A stretch of DNA of 64,000 nucleotides from a virus, in IMG/VR virus record IMGVR_UViG_3300024239_000016, positions 49,678-113,677 of that record; one strand, written 5' to 3'. Each line of letters starts with the position of its first letter. Position 1 is the stretch's first letter. Below, in pieces: positions 48,319 through 58,509 of the stretch. The translations under genes were made by a program, and so were the position numbers. The notes beneath the pieces are model-generated. The model was not told the DNA's origin. It made no database searches and saw only the letters and a program-made list of their open reading frames with translations.

Positions 48319-48639
48319 ATGAGCAATGCAACATTACGTGAAAGTATGAAACAGCTGGTAACTTCCCCAGCACTTATCGTCCCGGAAAATTACGGGTTTA
48401 CTCGGTCGAATCCAGATTCGGACGATCCGACTCTCTTCACTCGCGTTGTGTATCTTCGACGAAACGGTACGCGTATTCTGCAGGCTGATTTGCAGAATAA
48501 GGTTGATGGCAAATACCTGCGTGAAGTCGTGAAGTACTTCGAAGACGACGGTGCCACCATTCGCGACGAGATCACCTGGGAATACTCCTACGAAGGTGAT
48601 GTCATCAAGTCGAAAATCGCTGTGCCGAATACGCCATAA
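48319..48639 (+). CDS. small putative virion protein, paralogue of 21197-21550
   Basis: AGGTG RBS before ATG 48319. Confidence 0.6.
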   Translation: MSNATLRESMKQLVTSPALIVPENYGFTRSNPDSDDPTLFTRVVYLRRNGTRILQADLQNKVDGKYLREVVKYFEDDGATIRDEITWEYSYEGDVIKSKIAVPNTP

Positions 48640-49355
48640 TGACAATGTCAAAACTGAAAATGCCAGTGGGACGCTCTTTGTGTCTCTGGGCAAATAAAAC
48701 ACAATCCACTTACACGGCAAAAATAACTTTGCACAATCCCAAGCCATTGCCAGCAACAGTACAATACTGGGCTGGCCAATGGGCTGAGAAAGTAAGTGGA
48801 AAACCTAGCGTTAAGATTCCGGCAAAGCAAGATAGTCGGATCATCGAGCTTGAGGTCCTACCCGGTGAGTCGCTTTGTGTCTTTACAGATAATCGCGACA
48901 TCGTGGCTGAACTCGAGCTGTTTATCGTTCACATCGATAAACCGAATATCGATATCAGTAAAACACGTGAGGCTGTAGTTCGAGTTAGTGTAGCTGGCGC
49001 AAAATCACCAGTTACAATTGGGCCAGCGTCTGTTGCTAAGGGACTGACAGTAACTCCCAAAGAAATAACAGTTAAGCCACGTGAGCAGGCATCATTCAAG
49101 ATCGAAGCTAGCGATGCCACGGACAGTATCCGCAAAGTTCGTTTTGGCATTCTGGATCGGGCCACTTCAGCATCAGGTACCGTTGTTGCTGATTGTCGTA
49201 AGATGATTCGTGAGACGTATCGGGCCGCTCGTGATGAATCTACGATTGAACCTACCGCTCATGCGGTTCAGCAAACACCCGCGCCTGAAAACGACATCAT
49301 TGCAGGTATGAAGAGTAGCTATTTCAAAACTCATCCTGCTTTTGTTAAAAAGTAA
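48639..49355 (+). CDS. hypothetical beta-rich (Ig-like) protein
   Basis: overlapping stop/start; VTPKEITVKP strand pattern. Confidence 0.55.
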   Translation: MTMSKLKMPVGRSLCLWANKTQSTYTAKITLHNPKPLPATVQYWAGQWAEKVSGKPSVKIPAKQDSRIIELEVLPGESLCVFTDNRDIVAELELFIVHIDKPNIDISKTREAVVRVSVAGAKSPVTIGPASVAKGLTVTPKEITVKPREQASFKIEASDATDSIRKVRFGILDRATSASGTVVADCRKMIRETYRAARDESTIEPTAHAVQQTPAPENDIIAGMKSSYFKTHPAFVKK

Positions 49356-49401
49356 TACCACATAGATACATTCCTCCCCATTCGGGGAGGAATGTATTGT
49401 T

Positions 49402-50202
49402 TTATCTATGCGCACTTATCAAAGAACGGATTGTACGAGATTTACTTTCGCGATCATTCAGAATGAGGATCTTGGCCCATTTAACCACCATCTCATCGTA
49501 CATCTCGTAATCGTCAGCGTAGCCATCAATCAAGCTCGAGATAATGCCCAATTCATGACCACCCTTCATTGCTCCTTCATCGAGATCTACCCTTGTATGG
49601 TTGTAGATGTATCCCTTAACAGCATGCAAGACCATCTTCGCAAAGATCGTGTAATAGCGAGGACGAATTTTTGTAAGATTGGTATCATGTGTGATAATAC
49701 AACGTAGATAAGAAGTGCGCGGTAAGAACACGTTATCCTTCACCATTACGGTGTTTTCAGCAATGAGTTCGATGTTTGCCGTTGACATCACTGGCAGCAT
49801 TGCTAGGGCATCAGTGATGCCCTGGGTAAGACGCAGCATTGCGTTACCAGATAGCGCGCCAGCTAAGCTCTGCTGAAGCTGCTTAGTGGGATCTACGTGC
49901 AGGACATGTAAGAGAGACATAATGGATTGTCCATTAGTGATCTCCTTCGGTACTCGGAATACATAGGTCACGTCATCAGTACGTTCACTTGGTACGCGAC
50001 TCAGATCGATCAGTACCTCAGTACCGCCTACCAGATTGCAATCGACCATGACCATTGGTCTGATCACCAGATCCATGATCTGGCTATCGATTGTTTTTGG
50101 GGTGAATCCATATCCGCGGCTATTAGACATGAATGCGTATCTGAGAACTTGTGGCGGGATTCTTGCCTTGACATGGTCAATGGCTTTATTCGCAATGTTC
50201 AT
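49402..50202 (-). CDS. conserved phiKZ-like protein, putative virion component
   Basis: IPPQVL, DCNLVGG and K.YIYN motifs; GGGAG RBS. Confidence 0.65.
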   Translation of the reverse strand: MNIANKAIDHVKARIPPQVLRYAFMSNSRGYGFTPKTIDSQIMDLVIRPMVMVDCNLVGGTEVLIDLSRVPSERTDDVTYVFRVPKEITNGQSIMSLLHVLHVDPTKQLQQSLAGALSGNAMLRLTQGITDALAMLPVMSTANIELIAENTVMVKDNVFLPRTSYLRCIITHDTNLTKIRPRYYTIFAKMVLHAVKGYIYNHTRVDLDEGAMKGGHELGIISSLIDGYADDYEMYDEMVVKWAKILILNDRESKSRTIRSLISAHR

Positions 50203-50233
50203 GTTCACTCCCACATGAAAAATTTTTCAACAA

Positions 50234-50241
50234 TATATTAC
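50234..50241 (+). promoter_or_regulatory. early promoter motif TATATTAC
   Basis: exact consensus at the start of the dcd-PhuZ gene run. Confidence 0.6.
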
Positions 50242-50295
50242 AAGATTGATGCTCTATCAGACAATTTCCGTTAATGCCAATTGTAAAGGACCGAC

Positions 50296-50673
50296 ATGGA
50301 AGACGAAGTAGCGATTAAAAGACGCCGCAAGATGTCATTAGGAGTTATGTCATTAATGGCAGCCCGTCGGGCTCTTGATGATGCTTTGATGTTTATCAAC
50401 GATGACACAAAGCAGTTCTTTGGTATGTCCGCGTTTGCTGAACGTGACATCACGATGTATGACGGCCGATATGCTTTTGTAAGCGGCCTGAATAGTGTTG
50501 AGGAGATTACGTATTTTCTCGATACTCTGTTAAATCCCGCTAGCGAGTACCTGAAAGGAATAGCCAAACTGAAAAATACCGAAACCCTATACAAGATCGG
50601 TACAGCCAGTCGTAAACGTGTCTTTCAACACTACATTCAACAAGCAAAAGAAAATCAAGGGACAGAAGCATGA
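50296..50673 (+). CDS. hypothetical protein
   Basis: AAGGA RBS. Confidence 0.65.
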   Translation: MEDEVAIKRRRKMSLGVMSLMAARRALDDALMFINDDTKQFFGMSAFAERDITMYDGRYAFVSGLNSVEEITYFLDTLLNPASEYLKGIAKLKNTETLYKIGTASRKRVFQHYIQQAKENQGTEA

Positions 50674-51266
50674 GTATTTTGAACGATCGTCGTATCCGCG
50701 AGTATGCCTGGAATCAAGGCATGATTGAGCCGTTTGAGCCGGACCTGGTCCGTGAGATACCGGTAAGACTATCTGCTGGCGACGGGTTTCTGGAAAAAGT
50801 AATTTCCTACGGCACATCTAGCTATGGCTACGATATTCGTTGCGGTCGTGAATTCAAAGTTTTCACAAACATCAACAGTACCGTAATTGATCCGAAGAAT
50901 TTCGACGAACGCAATTATGTAAATGTGGTGGATGATTTCTGTATCATTCCTCCAAACTCATTTGCTCTGGCTCGCTCAGTGGAGCGCTTCAAGATTCCTC
51001 GTAACATGCTGACTGTATGTCTTGGTAAGTCGACGTACGCTCGCTGCGGCATCATTGTTAACGTGACTCCGTTTGAACCTGAATGGGAAGGTTACGTGAC
51101 CCTGGAATTCTCCAACACCACTCCGCTGCCAGCGAAGATCTATGCCAATGAAGGCTGCGCTCAAGTCCTCTTCTTTGAAGCTGACGAAGAGTGCGAGACT
51201 TCCTATAAGGATCGTAACGGCAAGTACATGGGGCAGCCAGCCGTTCCGGTTATCCCGAAGGTTTAG
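50670..51266 (+). CDS. dcd: dCTP deaminase
   Basis: [30 protein letters not shown] and YANEG motifs. Confidence 0.95.
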   Translation: MSILNDRRIREYAWNQGMIEPFEPDLVREIPVRLSAGDGFLEKVISYGTSSYGYDIRCGREFKVFTNINSTVIDPKNFDERNYVNVVDDFCIIPPNSFALARSVERFKIPRNMLTVCLGKSTYARCGIIVNVTPFEPEWEGYVTLEFSNTTPLPAKIYANEGCAQVLFFEADEECETSYKDRNGKYMGQPAVPVIPKV

Positions 51267-51268
51267 CA

Positions 51269-51664
51269 ATGGAGATGCTACATTTTTATCAATCGGTAGC
51301 CGTAGCATTGCTGATCATGGCAGTTGGTGCGCTGGTTCTTTGGTTGCTTAATCAACCTCCGAAAAAATCATCTGCCACTGCTGAAGACATCCTCAAACTC
51401 TTTGATTTGTATGAAAAATTAAGAGTACAAGAATCCGGGCTACATAAAAAAATCATTGAGCTACGTGGTATTGTAGTCGCGAATGCCATTACTCAGAATC
51501 ACAACAACAAAGGCATGATTGATGGTTTTCGAAATCATAGCCGCGAGATAAGAGTGATCAAAAGGATAATTAATCCTAAGATCAATCGAGCACGGTTGCT
51601 TGTAATGGCTAATGCGCTTCAAGCGAGAAATAAAAAACATCTACGTAAGCCCAAACTCCTTTAA
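51269..51664 (+). CDS. membrane-anchored hypothetical protein
   Basis: N-terminal hydrophobic helix. Confidence 0.6.
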   Translation: MEMLHFYQSVAVALLIMAVGALVLWLLNQPPKKSSATAEDILKLFDLYEKLRVQESGLHKKIIELRGIVVANAITQNHNNKGMIDGFRNHSREIRVIKRIINPKINRARLLVMANALQARNKKHLRKPKLL

Positions 51665-51689
51665 TCCTATATTTAAGATAGGAGCTAAT

Positions 51690-51872
51690 GTGAAAGCAAA
51701 AATGTCCGAGTATTTAGGAGCCATAGCGTTTATTGTGGCTTCGGTAATCTGGAAGATCTTTGTATCGGTACTCAGTTTTTTGGGTAGCGTCTTTTCTATA
51801 GTTTTAGGATTTGCTTTTTTAATTGGTATTCTGGTTATTGTTGAGACCATCATGTTTGATCTAAGGATGTGA
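51690..51872 (+). CDS. small membrane protein
   Basis: hydrophobic throughout; GGAG RBS. Confidence 0.5.
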   Translation: MKAKMSEYLGAIAFIVASVIWKIFVSVLSFLGSVFSIVLGFAFLIGILVIVETIMFDLRM

Positions 51873-51873
51873 G

Positions 51874-52098
51874 ATGAAACTCCCATCACAAATCAAACTA
51901 CGGGCCTCTTTGACCACACCTACCATCGGCTATAAGTTTTTCACTGATCTCAGTAATTGGTTCGCTGAAAAAAGCTCAACTGCTAAATTAATACTGGTAG
52001 CAGTGACATCGTTTGTTACACTCTTTTTCCTGATGTTCTTAGCTATTGCAGCTGGGAATGTTTTCGCTCTTTACCTTATTTATCGTAGTATTTTGTAA
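51874..52098 (+). CDS. small membrane protein
   Basis: C-terminal hydrophobic segment. Confidence 0.5.
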   Translation: MKLPSQIKLRASLTTPTIGYKFFTDLSNWFAEKSSTAKLILVAVTSFVTLFFLMFLAIAAGNVFALYLIYRSIL

Positions 52099-52110
52099 GA
52101 GAGGTTTTAC

Positions 52111-53109
52111 ATGTCGAAACAAAAGAAAATGCTGATCATCGGCTGTGGTGGCGCTGGTGTTGTTACTGCCAGTGAGTTCGAAGCAACTCGCGGCGTCCCG
52201 GAAGAACTGACCACTCTGTTCGATGTCTGTTACGTCGATACCTCGCGGGCAAACATTCCCGTGACGGTGGAAGTCGATCGTGCTTTCACAATCCCTGGTC
52301 TTGATGGTGCTGGCGGTAACCGCGCTCTTTACGCCGATCCCATTCGCCAGGCAATGCCCAACATTGTGTCGTTCGTCAAGCCTGCAGACATCCATGTCAT
52401 CATCTACTCTGCCTCTGGCGGCTCTGGTTCAACGATCGGCCCAATGCTGGCATCCCAGTTGCTGAAGCGCGGTATGAATGTCGTGTGTGTTGTTATTGGC
52501 GACACCACTACCATCGAAGCCACCAAGAACACGATCGGCACTCTGCGCAGTATCGACGGTGTTGCTCGTGCAAACCAAGTCACGATGCCGATCATCTACG
52601 CGTTCAACTCGGTGAACAAAACAATCGCCGAAGTGAATCGTGAGATTCGCAGCAACATCGTTCTCCTGGCCACTCTGTTCTCTGGCAATCACGAATACAT
52701 CGACAGTCGTGACCTGTACAGCTGGTTGCACTTCCATGAAACCACTGAATACGATCCTGGTTTGGCCATGCTGGAAATCATGACGTGTGATCGCTCCGAT
52801 CTTTCCGAACTGAAGAGCAAGCTGCCGATCGCATCCATGATCACTCTCGGTCAGTCGCTCGATGAACGGGCAATCCTCGGCGATGATGCCCCGGAATACC
52901 AGAAGGTTGGTCTGCTGTACGTTGGCGATGGCTCGAAGTATTCCAACAATGTCTCCATTTTCTACGCACTGCATACCCACGGCATTGCAAGGATTGTTGG
53001 CGAATACACTGATCGCCTGGTGCGTTTGCGTGAGCGTGCTAATGCCAGCCGTGAACAGATCGCAATCGCTGATCCCAATACCGTTGCCGATGACGGTATG
53101 TTTTACTGA
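52111..53109 (+). CDS. phuZ: phage tubulin PhuZ
   Basis: IGCGGAG, DTS..N, GAGG, SASGGSGS tubulin signature, ID..DL T7 loop, C-terminal DDGMFY tail. Confidence 0.92.
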   Translation: MSKQKKMLIIGCGGAGVVTASEFEATRGVPEELTTLFDVCYVDTSRANIPVTVEVDRAFTIPGLDGAGGNRALYADPIRQAMPNIVSFVKPADIHVIIYSASGGSGSTIGPMLASQLLKRGMNVVCVVIGDTTTIEATKNTIGTLRSIDGVARANQVTMPIIYAFNSVNKTIAEVNREIRSNIVLLATLFSGNHEYIDSRDLYSWLHFHETTEYDPGLAMLEIMTCDRSDLSELKSKLPIASMITLGQSLDERAILGDDAPEYQKVGLLYVGDGSKYSNNVSIFYALHTHGIARIVGEYTDRLVRLRERANASREQIAIADPNTVADDGMFY

Positions 53110-53221
53110 CATCAGTTTGTCATAATTCACATACAGCCGGGGAAACCCGGCTGTATGTCTATGACCTCAGTAAATTATAGCAGTTGCTGGAGATTTGATG
53201 ACAAATACGGACTAAAGTCTT

Positions 53222-53551
53222 ATGAATGAATTAGTAATTGACTTGAAAGAACCGATTTTGCAGCTTTTTACGGCATTGCAAAATAGCGATCGATTCCGTG
53301 AAGATTTTGCAGTATCCATCGAAAAGTGTGTGCAGTCGGCCGCCGAGCGGATTCTGTATTTTGAGAAAACCAACAATAACCATATGTGGAAGCTGCTAGA
53401 TGGTAACGGCTACCGCTTGTTGAATTACGCTCTATGGAACCACGTTCTGCGCTGTCAGTCTAAAGATGGATCTTTTGTATGTAGCGAGAAAAACACTGTT
53501 GTAGTTAAGATACGTGGTACGCTCGCTTATTTCTCTTTTGAAAAAATATAA
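53222..53551 (+). CDS. hypothetical protein
   Basis: first gene of the small-gene block between phuZ and DNA polymerase. Confidence 0.55.
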   Translation: MNELVIDLKEPILQLFTALQNSDRFREDFAVSIEKCVQSAAERILYFEKTNNNHMWKLLDGNGYRLLNYALWNHVLRCQSKDGSFVCSEKNTVVVKIRGTLAYFSFEKI

Positions 53552-53563
53552 ATGGAGTAATCA

Positions 53564-53905
53564 ATGTTAGCTATTGACCTACGTGAGGTCTTGGTGCTCC
53601 TGTTTCAGAAGAGCATCAAACTCAAAAAAGAAAACCAAAAATCATTAAGTGAAGTTACGGTCGGAATAATAATGCAGCACCTCTATAGCGTTATTGTTTT
53701 TGGCTTGGTTAATAAACAGCTTCCGATGGATTGCTACGCTGGCATCGATGTGCTCGATCAGTTAACTTTGAATGACATCTTTTCACCAGCTGAGCTAAAG
53801 TGGTTTCTATCGCGAACATTAGCCCATACTTTATTACAGAAATGTGAAGTGATTGATACGATCATCGTAGGACAGCATGCTGTAATAAGTTATAAAAATG
53901 ATTAA
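53564..53905 (+). CDS. hypothetical protein
   Basis: GGAG RBS. Confidence 0.6.
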   Translation: MLAIDLREVLVLLFQKSIKLKKENQKSLSEVTVGIIMQHLYSVIVFGLVNKQLPMDCYAGIDVLDQLTLNDIFSPAELKWFLSRTLAHTLLQKCEVIDTIIVGQHAVISYKND

Positions 53906-53914
53906 GGATAGTAA

Positions 53915-54523
53915 ATGTCATCTAAGCGTTTAAAAAGATCTGACGTAGAACATCTTTCGTCACTTACAGTGCTAACCGTAACCTCAGTTACAGAGGATGC
54001 TCTCGGGATAGAGGAGCTACTTTCCAAATATTTGGAAATCGATAAAGATGAGCCGCTCTCGCTTTTTAATACAAGCGGCTTTCTGCGCAAAGGCCTACAG
54101 AGACAAGATGCAACAGTTGGCTATAAGTTGCTGCTGGCTTACGTGAACGAATCGATTGATTGTCGCTCTAAGTGGTCTAATCGATATAACCGGCGAGAGA
54201 GTTACTCTTACCGGCAGATGGCTGAAGTATTTGTTAGTCATCTCAGAACAGAATATGCAATCAAAGCGGTCTCTATCGAAAAATGGGGAGAGCTGCTTTA
54301 TTCGAGTGAACCTTTGTTTTCGATCTTAAGGCGTATCGAAAACATAATCAAAGATGCTTTACTGCCTACAAACGAATGGGGAATCATCTTCGCAGAGATT
54401 GATAACGGTTTTTTAAAACTGACCGACTACGGAGATTTTCGCATTCATCAATGGGAGTCTGGTGATGGAGTTAATTTTAGGAAACGGAAGGGGCTCAAAC
54501 CGGCCAGAGGTATTTTACGTTAA
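53915..54523 (+). CDS. conserved hypothetical protein
   Basis: AAGGA RBS; GDFRI..W motif. Confidence 0.65.
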   Translation: MSSKRLKRSDVEHLSSLTVLTVTSVTEDALGIEELLSKYLEIDKDEPLSLFNTSGFLRKGLQRQDATVGYKLLLAYVNESIDCRSKWSNRYNRRESYSYRQMAEVFVSHLRTEYAIKAVSIEKWGELLYSSEPLFSILRRIENIIKDALLPTNEWGIIFAEIDNGFLKLTDYGDFRIHQWESGDGVNFRKRKGLKPARGILR

Positions 54524-54917
54524 CCTACAGCCTGCCCTAGATGTGCTGCAGCAATACGAGATGTGGATAGGCGGTGGCATTGATTACGAAGAGTACTTGC
54601 GTGCTCTCGGCTGGCATATTTTCAGCAATGACCAAGATCCGTTTGAACTAACCATCTGTCGCAAGATGCTAGCTCAGCGCGGATTACCGACTGAGCGCAT
54701 TGAGCAAATCGAACACGATGTAATTAGCGCAGTGGCTCCAGCTATCGATGAATTGATGCTGGAATACGATCGCATCAATGCATTGTTTCATGGTCAGATT
54801 CAAGGCTATCGGTGTTACATGATCAGGTCGCTTTTCACTGTTTTTATTCAGTGGAATACTCCTAACAATGACATCGTATCAGAGATCAGCAATAGACTGA
54901 AAGAGTTAACTAAATGA
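54462..54917 (+). CDS. hypothetical protein
   Basis: GGGAG RBS; ATGA coupling to the next gene. Confidence 0.6.
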   Translation: MMELILGNGRGSNRPEVFYVNLQPALDVLQQYEMWIGGGIDYEEYLRALGWHIFSNDQDPFELTICRKMLAQRGLPTERIEQIEHDVISAVAPAIDELMLEYDRINALFHGQIQGYRCYMIRSLFTVFIQWNTPNNDIVSEISNRLKELTK

Positions 54918-55360
54918 TCGATATCGATGATATCTCTGGAAAAGCGAGCATTAGCGTAATCGGCTATGTCATTAACGGTTATGCAATCCTTAGCAAGATC
55001 AGCTGCAAGATTCCAAACATGTACTGGTATCCGGATAATTTCATGAAGGTTACCATGCTGGTCATTGACCGAGTGTTGCGTCCCCAAATAATCGAGGAAG
55101 TCATTCACAGTGGTCGGGCATCTGACTTCACCATGGAGATTACAGCCAAAGTACTGGAAGATATGCGTCGCTTCCATCGCTTTTCTCCAGATGTTAAAAA
55201 GGACCCGGATATCGATACGGATACTGAGCTTTTCATAGACGCCCTTGTTATGGAGGTAAGTATGTTTGCTGAGCAGGAATGCATACCGCCAGCTAACAGT
55301 AAAGTTACTCGGGTATATCTAGATGGAGGGCTTCTTTGTGTCGATTTCGAAGTTACCTGA
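54914..55360 (+). CDS. hypothetical protein
   Basis: coupled ORF. Confidence 0.6.
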   Translation: MIDIDDISGKASISVIGYVINGYAILSKISCKIPNMYWYPDNFMKVTMLVIDRVLRPQIIEEVIHSGRASDFTMEITAKVLEDMRRFHRFSPDVKKDPDIDTDTELFIDALVMEVSMFAEQECIPPANSKVTRVYLDGGLLCVDFEVT

Positions 55361-55802
55361 AGGGCTGATCTCGTTGGAGCCAGACAAGATCAGTCTATCT
55401 CTGGAAGATGAGCTACGTGAGTTACTCGTAGCCAGTAGTAGCCCTGAGTTCAATCTGTCTGTACGCAATTACGAATGGGTTGTCAGTGCTGCGTTTGATG
55501 CATTGAGGGTTGATTCCGACCAATCTTTTAAGCAAGCTGATTTTGTAGTTTCGGTGATCAACACTCTCTTTCCAACAATAAAGCTACTAGGAGGATATGG
55601 TACGTACGATGTAATTAGTGGGATTCTCGATAGAACTATAAAAAGACTCCATGAACGACTCATCGATGATCGGCTGTACATAGAACATCGATTCCCGTAC
55701 GTACCAGTCACATATTTGTCCGCAACGACAATTGTTTTCAATTATCAACCAAATGACCTCCCATTCGTATTCAAGGGAGTCAATATGGTTGTAAGAGGGT
55801 AA
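55323..55802 (+). CDS. hypothetical protein
   Basis: overlapping ORF; FPY motif. Confidence 0.55.
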   Translation: MEGFFVSISKLPEGLISLEPDKISLSLEDELRELLVASSSPEFNLSVRNYEWVVSAAFDALRVDSDQSFKQADFVVSVINTLFPTIKLLGGYGTYDVISGILDRTIKRLHERLIDDRLYIEHRFPYVPVTYLSATTIVFNYQPNDLPFVFKGVNMVVRG

Positions 55803-55832
55803 TTGCCCTCTTTTTTTTTTCAAGGTGAAGTC

Positions 55833-56237
55833 ATGGAACTCGAACGCCAAAAATCGTATACGTTTGACAGCTACAGTCTGGCATCTGGTCGTCGCGCAAT
55901 TGGTTGGTCGTTAGCCGATGTGGTTGGTTACCCTACCGCTGTGCGTCTTGGCTTTGATGTGGATGCCACTCATGCTCGCGTGATTGGCTCGCTGCCCCCT
56001 GGTGTCTCCAAAGATCCCACAAAACTAACGTACTACATCTTCCGTAGCCAGGATAGCCGCGAAGAATGCATTGCCAAAGAATGGATCCGTGAAGATTCGA
56101 TCGAGGAATTTTCTAATGCAGAAGTGCATGTTGTGGTACGAGGAGAACTGATCAGCGTGTCTGATAAAGAGCGCATTCAGCTCATCCTTGCAGAGAATGG
56201 ATATTCCGATTTCACAATCACTTTGGTAGGAACGTGA
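55833..56237 (+). CDS. conserved small protein (SH3-like) upstream of DNA polymerase
   Basis: H..V..SLP.G...DP....Y...WI...SI pattern; synteny. Confidence 0.55.
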   Translation: MELERQKSYTFDSYSLASGRRAIGWSLADVVGYPTAVRLGFDVDATHARVIGSLPPGVSKDPTKLTYYIFRSQDSREECIAKEWIREDSIEEFSNAEVHVVVRGELISVSDKERIQLILAENGYSDFTITLVGT

Positions 56238-56257
56238 GATCGAGTTAAGGAGACTCG

Positions 56258-58450
56258 ATGGATCCGAATTTGATTTTCTGCCGTCCAACGGCAGATTACA
56301 AACGCGACCTGAATCCAGTCCGCTCATACGTGGAGGACATGTCCTTCTACTTAAAAAAGATGACGGGTTGTAGCGCGCAATACGCTCGTGAGTTTGTGGT
56401 TACGCATATCAAACCAACAGGTCGCCTACCTCTACATAATCCAACAGTGGTTTATGCAGAGCGTGAGAATTACGCAGATCGATTTGAGAAAACTGGTACG
56501 CTAATGCAGTATCTTGGCGAAACTATTAGGGATAGGAACATTCTTGCTCCAACGCTTACGACGTACGTACATCCGTCAGAGCGCGAAGCTATCCCGAGTA
56601 AATCGATCCGAGCCGGTCTGCAAAGCCGCAGTAAAAAGAAGAAGGCTAAATTTGTTCATGAGCAGCTGCGCAACCAGTACTTAAAAGCAAATGATGCAAT
56701 AGAGGCCCAGAAAGAAAACTTCCTCTATCTGTTAAATGACGCACTTGAAAAAGTGGAGAAGATTCGTAATAACTCCTATTCTGGTGCGTATATATCGAAG
56801 TCTACTCCGCTCACAAACAAAACATCACATGCAGCCCTGACGTCAACGTGTCGTATGACAAGTGGCTGCGCTAACTCTAACAATGAAAAGTTTGTGGCTG
56901 GTAACAGACACTACTTCCATCCATCGTTAGTTTTAGACAATCTGATTACTATCTCACGCCTGACTGATCTTGTCAAACTTGAGGCAGTAATGGAAAAGTA
57001 CAGACTTCATTACCCAACGGTCGAAGAGACTCTGGATGTCATTAAGTATAGCGCTAGGCTATATTGGAATCCTAGTCAGAATACGAACTGGATGCAACAG
57101 ATTAAAGATCTAATCGCCAAACTGCTGCCTATTGAGCGGGCCGCATTTTGCTACGTTAGCGATATGCACCACATTCGTAAATTTAACGATGATTTTGCAA
57201 GAAAGCTTCTAGGTAGGCTGTCGGCACATGTCGAAGATCCGACAATGACTGAAGCCGAAGCTACTGAGATTACAAATAAAGTACCTGAGTCTTATCTTTA
57301 TTTGGGTATGAGTATTTGTTCCAGTGAATCCGTTGGCGCTAAGAATTTCAAAAGTTTAAAAGGTACGCCAGCATATATCACAATTGCTGCTACTGTCCGA
57401 AACATATATCAGACGCTGGTCGATTATTCTGACTTCATCGCTGCGATGTTTGTTACGGATAACATGCCTTTATCAGTAGCGCATTTTCCAGACTCAATGC
57501 GACGCATTGCTCTGGTTTCAGATACCGACTCAACAATCTTTACAGTGCAGGAGTGGGTAAAGTGGTTTACTGGGAGTTATGATGTTACTCCCGTTGCTGA
57601 CGCTATTGAGAGTACATTAATCTTTCTAACATCTGAGACCATTACTCATATCTTGGCTACCATGTCTAAAAATATGGGGGTCGACGATGCTGAGCTTAAA
57701 CTTATCGCAATGAAAAATGAGTTTAAGTTTGTTACGTTTACGCCGACTTTGCTCGCTAAGCACTATTTCGCTAACATCATTATCCAAGAGGGTAATGTTT
57801 ACGAAGTAACCAAAACCGAAATTAAGGGCGTTAATCTGAAAACCTTGCGGATTCCTGCTGAGGTACTCAACGACGCTACTAACTTAATGAACGAATTGAT
57901 GGATGCTTTAGCGACAAATAAACAGCTGTATCTGCGAGATATTCTTAAGCGTGTAGCGAACATGGAGCGATCCGTGTATCAGTCACTTCTCAAAGGCGAT
58001 ACTCGATTCTTCCGAGCTAGCCGAGTTAGCGATAAGAGCGGATATACGAAAGGACCGACCGAGTCTCCTTACCAGCACTATCTGTTCTGGAACGAAGTAT
58101 TCGGACCGTCGTACTCAATATGTCCGCCGCCGCCTTTCATGTCAATCAATGCTACTTTGGATTTATCATCGCCTGGAAAAATTAAGGCATGGACTGATAC
58201 TTTCGAAGACAGGGCACTTGCCGAGCGTTTACTGAACTACATGCGAAAAAATGGCAAGAAAGCGCTTGGTACGTTTGTAATTCCGCGACCCATGCTGGAT
58301 GCCCATGGGTTACCTAAAGAGTGTATTGGTCAGCTGCAATTGCGCGAGTTAGTGTATCGTGCATCTAGCGTCTACTACTACATTCTGGATTCGTTAGGCG
58401 TTCACCTCATCAATAACAAGCTCACTCGTTTGGCTATGGATGAATTCTAG
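56258..58450 (+). CDS. family B DNA polymerase catalytic subunit (phiKZ gp50-like)
   Basis: K...NS.SG, LTSTCR, SDTDST, MKNEF, KHY and EIKGV motifs. Confidence 0.85.
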   Translation: MDPNLIFCRPTADYKRDLNPVRSYVEDMSFYLKKMTGCSAQYAREFVVTHIKPTGRLPLHNPTVVYAERENYADRFEKTGTLMQYLGETIRDRNILAPTLTTYVHPSEREAIPSKSIRAGLQSRSKKKKAKFVHEQLRNQYLKANDAIEAQKENFLYLLNDALEKVEKIRNNSYSGAYISKSTPLTNKTSHAALTSTCRMTSGCANSNNEKFVAGNRHYFHPSLVLDNLITISRLTDLVKLEAVMEKYRLHYPTVEETLDVIKYSARLYWNPSQNTNWMQQIKDLIAKLLPIERAAFCYVSDMHHIRKFNDDFARKLLGRLSAHVEDPTMTEAEATEITNKVPESYLYLGMSICSSESVGAKNFKSLKGTPAYITIAATVRNIYQTLVDYSDFIAAMFVTDNMPLSVAHFPDSMRRIALVSDTDSTIFTVQEWVKWFTGSYDVTPVADAIESTLIFLTSETITHILATMSKNMGVDDAELKLIAMKNEFKFVTFTPTLLAKHYFANIIIQEGNVYEVTKTEIKGVNLKTLRIPAEVLNDATNLMNELMDALATNKQLYLRDILKRVANMERSVYQSLLKGDTRFFRASRVSDKSGYTKGPTESPYQHYLFWNEVFGPSYSICPPPPFMSINATLDLSSPGKIKAWTDTFEDRALAERLLNYMRKNGKKALGTFVIPRPMLDAHGLPKECIGQLQLRELVYRASSVYYYILDSLGVHLINNKLTRLAMDEF

Positions 58451-58509
58451 TACCAGCACTCCGGCATTGCCGGAGTGCTGGTAGCCAACTCTTTACTCAA
58501 GGTGACAAA

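Noticed and set aside
51269-52098. Holin/spanin call for three small membrane proteins
   Set aside because: Far from the endolysin, in an early gene run, with no lipobox; hydrophobicity alone is insufficient.
52429-53130. 233 aa antisense ORF over phuZ
   Set aside because: Shadow ORF produced by sense-strand codon bias.
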